DNA of 52,183 bases from Octopus bimaculoides (GCF_001194135.2 NC_068981.1:190116714-190168896); one strand, 5' to 3'. Shown: positions 39,376 to 50,347, counted from the first letter of the stretch. The notes: generated from the letters alone by a model not told the origin. A program made the numbers and translations.

Positions 39376-40231
39376 TGCTAAAGTACACTTATTTGGGTTT
39401 AATCTACAGTAATTTGCCGGCAGATGTTTTTTAAAATTTATTCTAAACAATATTCACATACATTTTTTATTAACTTTATACACTAACACTTTTTTTTACA
39501 TTTATTTACTTCTTCCATAATGATTTAACTTTGTTCACTATAATACTCTATTTCAATATTTTTAGCTTGTAACTTTTAATAATAATATTAATGCCATTAA
39601 CTTAGGGATTACCTTACAGGTTTGGTCTTTTATATATTATTTATTTTATTTCTTATGTTTATTCTTATTCCTTATAATGCTTTTAGGTTGTTTTTTTTAG
39701 GAATTTGACCTGAAAAGTGACTGATTTTGGGAGTAAAATCATTTTTCCGTTCTAATGAACTTGGATAGATTCTTCTTATGATTTTATATAGTCCTATTTC
39801 AGCCATGAAATGCGCGTAGTATATGTACAAGTACTGACTTTTATACTTTTATGCATTATATTATTGTATTAATTTTTACTGTCCAATTTATACTTTACTT
39901 GATTTTTAGATTAATATTTTTTATGATGAATGTTTCTTTGTATGATATATTATATATTATTAAAATTATTAAAATTTTAGATTAAAATGTTAGATTAGTA
40001 TTTATATTGTGTATGTCTCACAGCATGGTTTTGGACGGGTTCTTCGAGGACTGAGTTGTAGAGTGGCGGTTCGTCTTTAAATTAGTTATATACATATATA
40101 TTACATATTACGAAATTTGGTCTAATATTATTATACTGAATTTTACCTGTAAAGTTGGAATAATTTTTTATTCCCTAATATTATTACTATACATACATAT
40201 ATATATATATAAATTTAAATCCATATCTGTA

Positions 40232-40925
40232 CAAAAGTGGTATCAAAAAGTTCCCAGACTAGTTCTGTAGCTCACCATCAGATGGCAGCATACAGTTGCA
40301 TGCCACAGTGAGAGCTACAAGTGACGCTTGTGAGGCAGTTAGCTGAGTTTACTTCACAAGTTGTGAAATTTGTGTTTGTGATCACATGTATGCTGTGGTC
40401 TACGGTTTTTGTTGTAGACAGGAAGTTAGAACAAGGAACCAACGGAAAATTTTGCGTTAAACTTGGGAAATTTTCCACAGAGCAAGCTTACAATGATGAG
40501 GCAATGGGTCGTAGGCAATGTTTCAATTGGCACAGGTGCACGACCGAGCCACAGCTCAATCGAGACCATGCTCGTCTTTTTTGCAACATCCACAGTATTG
40601 TGCATTGAGAATTCATCCTCCAGGGCCAGACCATCAGTCAAGAGTTCCACTACGATATTTTGAAACATTTTTGGGCGGAAATTCAGCGAAAGTGAGTGGA
40701 TCTGTGGAGCACAAAGAATTAGATTATTCATGATGACAATGCACCTTGTCACCGAATTCTCTTCACCAAAACCAACATGGCATCACTTCTCTACCTACCC
40801 TTTTTGACAGATTCAGCACCTGCAGACTTCTGTCTCTTCCCCAAGATGAAAAGGCAGCTCAATGGTCACTGTTTTAACACGGCCATCAAGATTAAGAGCG
40901 ATTTGCAGAAGGTCCTCAACTCACA
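40232..40925 (+). mobile_element. internally deleted mariner (D,D34D-type) relic
   Basis: TIR-like TA|CAAAAGTGGTATCAAAAAGTTCCCAGACT; DRKLEQGTNGKFCVKLGK..AYNDEAMGRRQCFNWH; IHDDNAPCHR; DSAPADFCLFPKMK. Confidence 0.85.
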
Positions 40926-40950
40926 AGTTATCGGTTGGCTTTGGACTATC

Positions 40951-41192
40951 GCAGAAGACACTGGCAGAAACGTTAGCACACCAGGCGAAATTCTTAGTGG
41001 TATTTCGTCTGTTTTTACGTTCTAAGTTCAAATTCTGCTGAGGTCGACTTTGCCTATCATCCTTTCGGGGTCGATTAAATAAGTACCAGTTACGCACTGG
41101 GGTCGACATAATTGACTTAATCCGTTTGTCTGTCCTTGTTTGTCCCCTCTGTGTGTAGCCCCTTGTGGGCAGTAAAGAAATAAGAAATAAGA
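40951..41192 (+). mobile_element. SINE group C type 1
   Basis: near-identical to 4641-4867. Confidence 0.9.
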
Positions 41193-41272
41193 AGACACTT
41201 ACTCAACGTGTGTGCAGTAGGACTGAACCTGAAACCACATGGTTACAAAGCAAGTTTCTTAACCACCCAGCC
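41190..41272 (-). mobile_element. SINE group A head fragment
   Basis: GGACTGAACCTGAAACCACATGGTTAC..CTTAACCAC. Confidence 0.7.
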
Positions 41273-41851
41273 AATGTTTGATCTTTTGTTTTCTACTTTA
41301 TGATTTTCTATTTAATCTTGAAAACGCGGAGATGCAGGAGAGACATAATCTAGATAGGTAAATGCTGTCTGTTTATGCTTTTCTTGTATCTTGGAAAACA
41401 CAGCAATTGGTTACGTAAAGATTCGTCAAGGAATGGTTTCTCGGTAGAAGACAGGGCTTGTTCTATTATCTACATTAGATGCTGTTAACGAAATAATCCG
41501 AGAAATTACCTGTAATATTTCTTATTTATAACTGCAGGTATAACAGGAATGTGGGCCAAAAGAACCTGAACATTTCTTGGAACCATTAATACTGCTTAAC
41601 AACACAAAAGGGATGTGAAACCGTCTGACTGACAAAATCATTGTTATTTCTATTCAACAGCTGGGTATGTCCCACTGTGCAATCTCAGTGTTAAATAATA
41701 ACATCCTATTCTTCATTCCGTACAGTTCAAGTACAAAACCAATATAGCTTGTGCAGCAGAAAATATATGTAGATGTGGCCTTTTGTATGTGGATTTACAG
41801 AAGTGAGTTTCAATTAAATTTATTGGTTCTTCAATAACTTTTACAGAAAAT

Positions 41852-42225
41852 TGTAATAATATTTTTAGATTTTTAGCTTTGTTACATCTATTCTGTATTG
41901 CAGAAAGCTAGGGAGGGCAAAATACAATTTTAGATGTTGCAGAAATAATCTCTATTTTAAGAATATTGCATTATATGTGTTGATTGAAGACAACGTTCTT
42001 CTTTAATTCTACAGTGAAATTATCAGGAAAGAGTATTGATGTCAGAAAAAAACCCCCATCGATTGCAAAATTTAGATAAAGGTTCAATACTAGAAAGTCA
42101 CAGAGTAAATAAATATCTAAATTCTATCTCGAAAAACTGAAATTTGTCAAGGAAATGTTTATATCATAAATAATAAATAAGCAAGTATTTTATATTTGCT
42201 TTCAAACCTAAGATTGATCTCCTTG
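41852..42225 (+). repeat. AT-rich dispersed repeat, copy 2
   Basis: see 35838-36205. Confidence 0.75.
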
Positions 42226-42690
42226 TTTTATTTATTTGTAAGAATAATTTTCTCTTTGATATATTTAAATATTCTTTTTAGATTGCTTTCATTTATCTAT
42301 TGATTATTATTTATTGATTGATTATCCATTTTTTTTCATTATTATCTGTTTTTCTTTTTCCTTCAATTTTGTTTCCACTTCTTGCAGATAATTTTCCCAA
42401 CACCTAGGGCAAAGAAACTCGTGATATAAATTGATAGGCTATTAAGATAAACCCACCTGATCGTTCATTTACAAAATCAAATGAAGCTTACATGGCTTGT
42501 AATCGTTCTCCCAGCCGCAATACATGTGACGTACCACTTAAAACAATCTTTTGCACTTCTTGTATGGATGATAAGCCAGAGATCATTCTCAAATAATTTT
42601 CAGTGCTTTTTTTTTATCTTTCCTAGTGCCCCTACAACCACTGATATTATTGTTATTATTATTGAAAGATAGAGAAATCATTTTTTTAAA

Positions 42691-42737
42691 TTCTCAAACG
42701 CGTGATAATGCTAATAAAATAGCATGATCAGGATAAA
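42691..42737 (-). other. degenerate hammerhead-like relic
   Basis: minus strand: CCTGATCA TGCTA-TTTTAT-TAGCA TTATC ACGCGT TTGAGAA; stem II and palindromic ACGCGT present, catalytic core altered. Confidence 0.35.
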
Positions 42738-42768
42738 TTATCCATACATTTCAGAAAAATACGTTACC

Positions 42769-42840
42769 GGCCAGCCATGAGACTCGAACTCACATCCCTG
42801 TGATTACGCGTCAAGTGCTTTACCATTAAGCTATACTGCC
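42769..42840 (-). pseudogene. tRNA-Thr(CGT)-like sequence (SINE-type head or pseudo-tRNA)
   Basis: GGCAGTATAGCTTAATGGTAAAGCACTTGACGCGTAATCACAGGGATGTGAGTTCGAGTCTCATGGCTGGCC; D and T arms pair, acceptor and anticodon stems have mismatches. Confidence 0.7.
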
Positions 42841-42951
42841 CAGTACCGAATTCTTCTGCAATTTTAGAACATATAAACTTAGCTTCATAAGACGCTAACG
42901 TTAAATTCAGCTAAGTTTATAAGTTCTAAAATTGCAGAAGAGTGTGCTGGG
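42839..42951. repeat. inverted repeat, 43-46-bp arms with 24-nt loop
   Basis: TCTTCTGCAATTTTAGAACATATAAACTTAGCT / AGCTAAGTTTATAAGTTCTAAAATTGCAGAAGA. Confidence 0.9.
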
Positions 42952-43127
42952 TGCTTTTTACATGGCCATAATGATTACAGCCACATATTGTGATAAACTA
43001 CATCCACATTTAATCATTCCATCTTTAAACTTCTCTGCATTAAGATCTGAAATATAAGAGCTCCTCTCCATTGTTGATGGAAGCTCATCTTATCCAATGT
43101 TGATTGCATCCATTATTTATAATAATC

Positions 43128-43340
43128 TTTTCTACTCTAGGCACAAGGCCCAAAATTTTTGGAGAGGGGGCCAGTCGATTAGATCAACCCCAGTACACAA
43201 CTGGTACTTAATTTATCGACCTCAAAAGGATGAAAAGCAAAGTCGACCTCAGTATAATTTGAACTCAGAACATAAAGACAGACGAAATACTGCTAAGTCT
43301 TACGCCCGGTATGCTAATGATTCTGCCATCTCAACGCCTT
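43128..43340 (-). mobile_element. SINE group C type 2
   Basis: reverse complement of tail, core and B-box. Confidence 0.85.
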
Positions 43341-43344
43341 GCAT

Positions 43345-44015
43345 CCAGTATCTCTGATAATAAATGGCAAGCTTGTGTGTTTGTGAATTTGTTACTTTAA
43401 CTCCTCCGAGAATATCCAACAGACCTTGATGAAACTTGACACATGTATGGGTCTTATTCCCATGTGGTCATTTATGCACTTGGAATTTTAAAAACAATCG
43501 ATTTTTTAATCAGCATCGATTTTTCAAAAATGTTGGCATTCTTTGTACTATCCATCGTGACAACAATTTTATGAAAAATGTTTCATGGATATAAACAGAC
43601 GGCTTATTAACGGTAATCTATTTAACATTTGCTAATTCTTTATTTCATTGTGAATTGTTTTGATTTGCTAAAACTTATCATTTCAATTCATTCTTTTAAT
43701 TCCCCAGCGTTTCAAGTTTATATTAGGTAAGGGCATTTTATTTCCCAAGCAAAATCTAGGCATTTTGTGCACCAGCCGTTGTGACATCAATTTGACAAAA
43801 TCTGCCCCAAAGCGTAAAACTTCACCATTTTGCACACATACACAAAAATGACGATGACATGGGTTCCCTACCAGACTCTATTTGTTTTTCATCAAATTGG
43901 TCCTACCCATTTAATATAGATTTTAATTTTTTGAAAAATGCTGAAATTTGGCTAAAAACAGACATCTTATTAACAGTAATTTCTTACTGGGTACCGCAGG
44001 TAGTGGCTACATAGT
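43345..44015 (+). mobile_element. possible non-autonomous Helitron-like element
   Basis: TC..ATAAATGGCAAG(GT-rich) start; internal repeat AAACAGAC..CTTATTAAC.GTAAT at ~43593 and ~43955; GC-rich 3' motif CTGGGTACCGCAGGTAG; no clean CTAG end. Confidence 0.3.
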
Positions 44016-44221
44016 GTGATGGACTACATCCACTAATGTTGCCATGGATCTCCGAATCTCTAGAAACAGTTGTTGGACTTATAATACCTTTCTTCCACCT
44101 CCTTAATTTTCTCTGTCGATTGTACTCCGTGAAAGCTGGATCTATTAATATAAATATCTATACTTAAGTATTCATCGTCTGAAAGTCTCCACGTTTTGCT
44201 TTCTCTCATTTTGCTTCTCCT

Positions 44222-44615
44222 AACTGGCACCTGTGCTGGTAGCATGTAAAAGCACCATTTGTGTGTGGTCTTTGCCAGTGCCACCTGACTGGTTCCGATG
44301 CCGGTGGTACCTAAAATGTACCATTTGAGCGTGGTCGATGCCAGTGCTGCCTGACTGGTCCCATGCCGGTGGCACATAAAAAGCACCAGTCATGTGTGGT
44401 CGTTGCCAGTGCCGCCTGGCTGATTCCCATGCCGGTGGCACATAAAAGGCACCATTCGAGCATGGTCGTTACATGTCCCACCTGACTGTCCCTGTGCCTA
44501 TGGCACGTAAAAAGCACCATTCAAGCGTGACCAATGCCAGTGCTGCCTGACTGGTCCCGTGCTGGTGGAACGTAAAATGCACCATTCAAGCATGGTCGAT
44601 GCCAGTGCCACCTGA
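44222..44615 (+). repeat. 65-bp minisatellite (6+ units) of family B type, without the LINE tail
   Basis: ACCA motif at 44254, 44320, 44385, 44451, 44516, 44581. Confidence 0.9.
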
Positions 44616-44789
44616 TTTGTATTGTTAGTGCAGTGTGTGTGTATACGTGTGGGTGTATTTGCATGATTGTGTCTATGTGTCTTGTATTTGTCGGGGAAGT
44701 GTGTGTCATTGTATATGTGCATTCTTGTGTGTATGTGTGTATGTCTGTGTGTTTGTGAGTATTTGTTGTGATTTTTGGGATTGTATTGT

Positions 44790-44827
44790 GTGTATATGTG
44801 TGTTTTTCATATATAAATAAATAAATA

Positions 44828-44863
<36 letters not shown>

Positions 44864-45520
44864 TATATATAATATTATATATAGGCATATATATATATAT
44901 ATATATAATATTATATATAGGCATATATATATATATGTAATATTATATATAGGCATATATATACATACANNNNNNNNNNNNNNNNNNNNNNNNNNNNNNN
45001 NNNNNNNNNNNNNNNNNNNNNNNNNNNNNNNNNNNNNNNNNNNNNNNNNNNNNNNNNNNNNNNNNNNNNNNNNNNNNNNNNNNNNNNNNNNNNNNNNNNN
45101 NNNNNNNNNNNNNNNNNNNNNNNNNNNNNNNNNNNNNNNNNNNNNNNNNNNNNNNNNNNNNNNNNNNNNNNNNNNNNNNNNNNNNNNNNNNNNNNNNNNN
45201 NNNNNNNNNNNNNNNNNNNNNNNNNNNNNNNNNNNNNNNNNNNNNNNNNNNNNNNNNNNNNNNNNNNNNNNNNNNNNNNNNNNNNNNNNNNNNNNNNNNN
45301 NNNNNNNNNNNNNNNNNNNNNNNNNNNNNNNNNNNNNNNNNNNNNNNNNNNNNNNNNNNNNNNNNNNNNNNNNNNNNNNNNNNNNNNNNNNNNNNNNNNN
45401 NNNNNNNNNNNNNNNNNNNNNNNNNNNNNNNNNNNNNNNNNNNNNNNNNNNNNNNNNNNNNNNNNNNNNNNNNNNNNNNNNNNNNNNNNNNNNNNNTATA
45501 TATATATATACACATATATA
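44790..45520. repeat. (TA)-rich tract with short tandem units, spanning gap 44970-45496
   Basis: visible. Confidence 0.9.
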
Positions 45521-46073
45521 GATATTGCATCTAATGGGAATGTTTCTTGTTCCATATCTTGCTCCTTATTTCTACTAATTTATCAACGATCAATACTAAA
45601 TTTACAGTGTTACTACAAATATAACCATACGAATATACGACATTAACACAAAAATTAATGCTTACACACTGGTAGCCAGCCTCAATTTATTTGCTTCCAT
45701 TTTCAAGGAGTTTCAACAAGCATTCATCAACAAATATAATGTGATATTCCGAAAATAGAGATTATTTTGGGAAAATCTAAAATTGTATTCCGACCAAGCT
45801 AGATTGCTACAATACAGAACAGCATTGACTAAGTAGAAATCAAGAAATATGATTGTAATTTTCTGTAAACTTCTATTAAAGAACCAATAAATTTAATTGA
45901 AACCAACTTTTCTCTGTCATATCTTTCGTGGTAAGATACTTGTGCGTGCGTGTGTGAATGCTTGGTGTTACGGTTCAGTTTCGAAAGAACTTAAATTTTG
46001 CTGAGGATATTTGTGCAAAGATATTTATGAAGATTGGGCCTCACAGAGGCAATGACCGAGACCTTTGGTATTA

Positions 46074-46399
46074 CAATTCTATATTTAAGGGGTGAGGAAT
46101 TATGTACATTATTTACATTATTTACATTTGACATACATATGGCTTAGCGGTTAAGAGCGCGGGCTATTAACCCCAAGATGCTGAGTTCGATTCCAGGCAG
46201 TGACCTGAATAATAATAATAATAATAATAACATCGAAAAATATCTTAGGAATGAGAACCCAGGTTCAAAATTTTCCCAAGACACCTGATGAAGGCTGGAG
46301 GGTATATCAGCCGAAACGTTGTGTTAACAACAAACAAGATGAGGACATATATCCGTCAAATGTCAAATATCTGTCAAATGTAAATAATGTACATAATGT
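46074..46399 (+). mobile_element. non-autonomous element with tRNA-like Pol III promoter and hammerhead (Penelope/retrozyme-like)
   Basis: TSD-like ACCTTTGGTATTA (46061-73) / ACCCTTAGTATTA (46400-12); inverted repeat 46099-46133 vs 46372-46397; A-box TGGCTTAGCGG 46140-50; B-box GTTCGATTC 46185-93. Confidence 0.7.
46280..46325 (+). ncRNA. minimal type I hammerhead ribozyme
   Basis: stem I GACAC/GTGTT; core CTGATGA; extra A; stem II GGCTG/CAGCC; GAAA-C; palindromic stem III AACGTT; GUU cleavage triplet at 46318-20. Confidence 0.75.
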
Positions 46400-46680
46400 A
46401 CCCTTAGTATTATGTTGTGCTTGAGAAAAATCCCCACCAAGCTGAACAACATTGCAGTCATTGCAGATACCGGTGTCATGCATATTGGCACCCATGTCCG
46501 TATTATGTAAAAGCACCCATTACACTCTTGGAGTGGTTGGCATTAGGAAGGGCATCCAGCCATAGAAAACCATGTCAAATCAGACTGGAGTCTGGTGCAG
46601 CCTGCCAGCTTACCAACCAGGTCACACTGTCCAATCCATACCAGCGTGGACAATGGACATAAAATGGTGATGTTATAGCT

Positions 46681-46800
46681 GGGTTCGCTCTCACTGTGTG
46701 GCATCTTGGGCAAGTGTCTTCTGCTATAGCCTCAGGTCGACTAAAGCCTTGTGAGTGGATTTGGTAGACGGAAACTGAAAGAAACCAGACGTGTATATAT
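46681..46800 (+). mobile_element. SINE group A 5' part
   Basis: CTTGGGCAAGTGTCTTCTGCTATAGCC..GGTAGACGGAAACTGAAAGAA. Confidence 0.8.
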
Positions 46801-46854
46801 GTATATTTCTATGTGTATATATTTTTTCATTTTATCTTGATTCAATAGGTCTCC

Positions 46855-47345
46855 TCCAGTGGCATGTAAAAAGCCCCGTTCAAGCATGGTCGATTCAGTG
46901 TCGCCTGACTGGCTCCTGTGCCAGTGGAACGTAAAAAGTATCATTCGAGCGTGGTCGTTGCCAGTGCCGCCTGACAGGCTCTTGTACTGGTGGTATGTAA
47001 AAAGCACCATTCTATTGTAGTTGATGCCAGTGCTGTCTGACTGGCTCCCATACTGGTGACATATAAAAAGCACCATTTGAGCGTCGTCGATGCCAGTACC
47101 GCCTGACTGGCCCTCGTGCCGGTGGCCCTTAAAAAGCACCCACTACTCTCTCAGAGTGATTGGTATTACGAATAGCACCCAACTGTAGAAACTTTGCCAG
47201 ATCGGATTAGAGCCTGGCGCAGCCTTCTGGCTTGCCAGCCTTCTGGCTTGCCAGCCTTCTGGCTTGCCAGCCCTCGGTCAAACCGTCCAACCCATGCCAG
47301 CATGGAAAGCGGACGTTAAACAACGATGATGATGATGATGATGAC
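46855..47345 (+). mobile_element. family B fragment with four 65-bp units and a 16-bp triplication
   Basis: AGCCTTCTGGCTTGCC x3 at 47221-47268; (GAT)n tail. Confidence 0.85.
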
Positions 47346-47580
47346 TTCCTCTCACTTTCCATTACTCTTTTTTATAGTATTCATTGTTATCTTCTCTCTC
47401 ACTTTTCTCCCCCCCTCTTCCTCTCTGCTCTCACTTTCTCTTCCATCATTTGTTTCCTTCTTATCGGTCCCTCTTCCCCCATCACATCATTCATGCTGTT
47501 TTTTATTCAACCTCCTTACCAACAACCAGCATATAGCAGTCTACCACTCTCTGTCTCTCTATTCCACTGCTTTCTCACAG

Positions 47581-47645
47581 AGCATTCTCTCATTTCTATC
47601 ATTTTGGCTCTCCACTCTCTTTCACCATTTTCTGATGAGGAAAAG
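47581..47645 (+). CDS. candidate 65-nt exon of an unidentified gene
   Basis: CTCTCTGTCTCTCTATTCCACTGCTTTCTCACAG| acceptor and AAG|GTGAGA donor; open frame HSLISIILALHSLSPFSDEEK. Confidence 0.25.
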
Positions 47646-48039
47646 GTGAGAAGAGACAAAGAAACAAGGAAGAGGAAGTGGAAGATATCACCAGCAGCAC
47701 CATCTGCACCACTACTATCATCATCATCATTATCATTATCTACAACCACCAACGTTTGGATTGTGGTCATCGTTTCCAGAACTCTTTGGAGTTTTAAAGA
47801 CAATTATGTCATTAAATTTTTCTATCCTTTCTGGCATTGCATCTGCATGTTTAGTCATGTCTGGTGTTGTGCTGCAGGTTGCAGGAGGGTTGGTGCTTAG
47901 AAAGTTACAATGTAGCAGAATGCTTGCCAAAACAGGAACACGTGAGTGAGATATGACCATCAAACTAGTAGAGAGGAACCAGTCATGGGAGTGTGAAAGT
48001 GAAAGTAGAATAAACTCAATATTTGGCTAGTATTTCAAA

Positions 48040-48168
48040 GTGGCAAGCTGGCAGAAGTGGTAACATACTGGGCAAAATATTTAGCAACATTTCGTCCATC
48101 TTTATGTTCTGAGTTCAAATTCCACCAAGGTCAACTTTGCTTTTCATCCTTTTTGAGGTTGATAAAAT
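48040..48168 (+). mobile_element. SINE group C, 3'-truncated
   Basis: GTGGCAAGCTGGCAGAAG..GAGTTCAAATTCCACCAAGGTCAACTTTGC. Confidence 0.8.
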
Positions 48169-48676
48169 ATGAAGAGCTTACTTTCAAAACCAGTATAAGT
48201 GCATATTTGGTTGATTTCATGATAACAATTAAAACACGATCTGCAAACTGCTGGCTTCACACATGTGAAATCTATCCTATCAAATTGGGATAGATGCTGT
48301 AGTAACTTCATTTAGGCACAGAGTAGATTCGAACCTGAATTGGCAAATTTCCCATAATATTTCAACAGCACTTTTCTCACAGAAAAATAATGATTGACAT
48401 CAGTTACTTTTAACATATGGCTTTGCTAAGCCGATTTATGTCTTTGCCACTTGACCCTTCTAACCACTTGTATGCGGTGGAGAGTTGAATTGAGATAACA
48501 GGTCAACTCCCAAAGAATATCTTTTGTTCTCTGCAATATATCTGTTTTCCTAGCTAGTTTTGTATAGTTATAAATACTGAACCTCTGTAAGCCAAAGTCA
48601 GTTGGTGAGAACCGACTAACAAGGAAGCTGGTTGACCAGCTGAACAAAACACCGTCTCTGAATGAAAGGGCACAGA

Positions 48677-48720
48677 GGGACAACTATGGTAACTCACCAA
48701 TGAAACAGCTGTTTCGTCCC
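48677..48720 (+). other. degenerate hammerhead relic
   Basis: GGGACAA-ctat-GGT aactc ACC-aat-GAAACAGCTGT-T-TCGTCCC; stem I 6/7 paired, palindromic ACAGCTGT, CTGATGA core decayed. Confidence 0.35.
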
Positions 48721-49371
48721 ACCACTCTCACTTTCACTAGTTCAGTTTCATTTCTCTTCAACATCACTCTATCTTTTTCCCTGCTGCTAGAATGACAAGA
48801 ACACAAACACACCTAAACGAGAAATATCTACAATAACTCTCTTTTCCTTGCATGCTCTCCGAATTATATTACACCAGCCCGTCGTGGTTTGGCTATATAC
48901 AAAGTAACGGTAATAAATATTTGTGTACAACTTTGATCACTGTTCTTCTTTCATCTTGTATATCTGCAACATCAACATCTGCTACAATTGATAACTGCCG
49001 ACCTCCGACAATCATCATAATACATACCATTACAATTGGTCATTGCCAACTCCAATATATATCATTACACTTACTGTTGCAAAGCCATATAGAAAGGAGG
49101 CGAATCTTTGTCTTCCAATCAAAACCAGATATATTCAAGTTGTTGTTTTAAGCAATTACTCAAAAGTAATTCTGGTGCATATATCTGGTTTTTAAGGTAA
49201 GCTCTGTTATACATGCATGATGAATTAGATGAGGATGTGTAACTGAGGGAGTGACAGATGTGTTAGCAAGAGGAAGTGTGTATGGTATGTCTAATATGAG
49301 TACGTATAAATATGGTGGCAATCTAGACCAGCGTTTCTCGAAATCGTGATGGCACATGTACCAGTAGATCA

Positions 49372-49812
49372 CTAAGAGCACCGTCCGAGCGTGATCGTTG
49401 CCAGAGCACCAGCTGCCTGGCTTCCGTGCCAGTGGCACGTAAATAGCACCATTTGAGCGTGATCGTTACCAGCGTCGCCTTCCTGGCACTTGTGCCAGTG
49501 GCACGTGAAAAGACATTCGAGTGAGTTCGTTGCCAGTACTGCTGGACTGGCTCCTGTGCAGGTGGCACGTAAAATGCACCATTTCGAGCGTGGCCGTTGT
49601 CAGTACCTCCTGACTGGCCTTCGTGCCGGTGGCACATGAAAGCACCCACTACACTCTCAGAGTGGTTGGCGTTAGGAAAGGCATCCAGCTGTAGAAACTC
49701 AGCCAAATCAGATTGGAGCCTGGTGTTGCCATCCGGTTTCACCAGTCCTCAGTCTAATCGTCCTACCCATGCTAGCATGGAAAGCGGACATTAAACGATG
49801 ATGATGATTATG
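49372..49812 (+). mobile_element. family B RTE 3' fragment
   Basis: four units, 3' end and (GAT)n. Confidence 0.85.
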
Positions 49813-49834
49813 ATGTAACCCTTAACATAAATTA

Positions 49835-50200
49835 CTAGGTCGAGGAAAAAAACGTTTGTGAGCCGTGTTAAAATAATGATATTTTATGCAAGAATTTATT
49901 CAAAATCAACAACAGCTATTCTTCAAAATAAGTACCATCATTTTCCACGACCTTCTGCCAACGATCTGCAAGCTTTCAGATTTGGTCAAAGTACCAGTCC
50001 TTTGGCTTTGAATCGAAAAATTCTTGACAGACTTCTTCAATTTCATCGAATGACTCAAATAGGTGACCTTTCATAAAATGCTGCATTGATCGGAAGAGAC
50101 CGTAGTCGGATGGAGCAATGTCTGGACTATAGCCTGGATGTGGCAGAACTTCTACACCGTCCAGTTCTTCAATCTTGTTGCTGGTCTTTCTGGCAGTATC
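49835..50200 (-). mobile_element. mariner 3' end relic
   Basis: 49916-50195 reads ARKTSNKIEELDGVEVLPHPGYSPDIAPSDYGLFRSMQHFMKG..LADRWQKVVENDGTYFEE*; TIR-like end next to TA at 49833. Confidence 0.9.
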
Positions 50201-50347
50201 AATAAATTTTCACAATAGCCACATTGCTATGAACACAACTCAATCGTCATCAAAAACACACACACAGTGAGTCACCATTGAACATGATTTAAATTGAATG
50301 AACACATACACACCATAAAGATATACAAAAAAGCATTATTTTAACAT

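Larger units (their letters stand above)
46030..46675 (+). mobile_element. RTE ORF end plus family B 3'UTR, split by the insertion at 46074-46399
   Basis: LGLTEAMT..RDLWY | YVVLEK restored by removing the insertion; family B 3' end follows. Confidence 0.75.

Noticed and set aside
39775-39818. Hammerhead call (CTTATGA...GAAATGCGCGTA)
   Set aside because: Two core mismatches and no convincing stem I or II; kept only as a hint in the 39-kb finding.
42769-42840. Functional tRNA-Thr gene
   Set aside because: Mismatched acceptor and anticodon stems and embedding in a repeat-like structure; treated as a tRNA-derived segment.
44222-44615. CRISPR-like regular repeats
   Set aside because: Contiguous 65-bp tandem units without unique spacers, matching a LINE 3'UTR; eukaryotic context and no cas genes.
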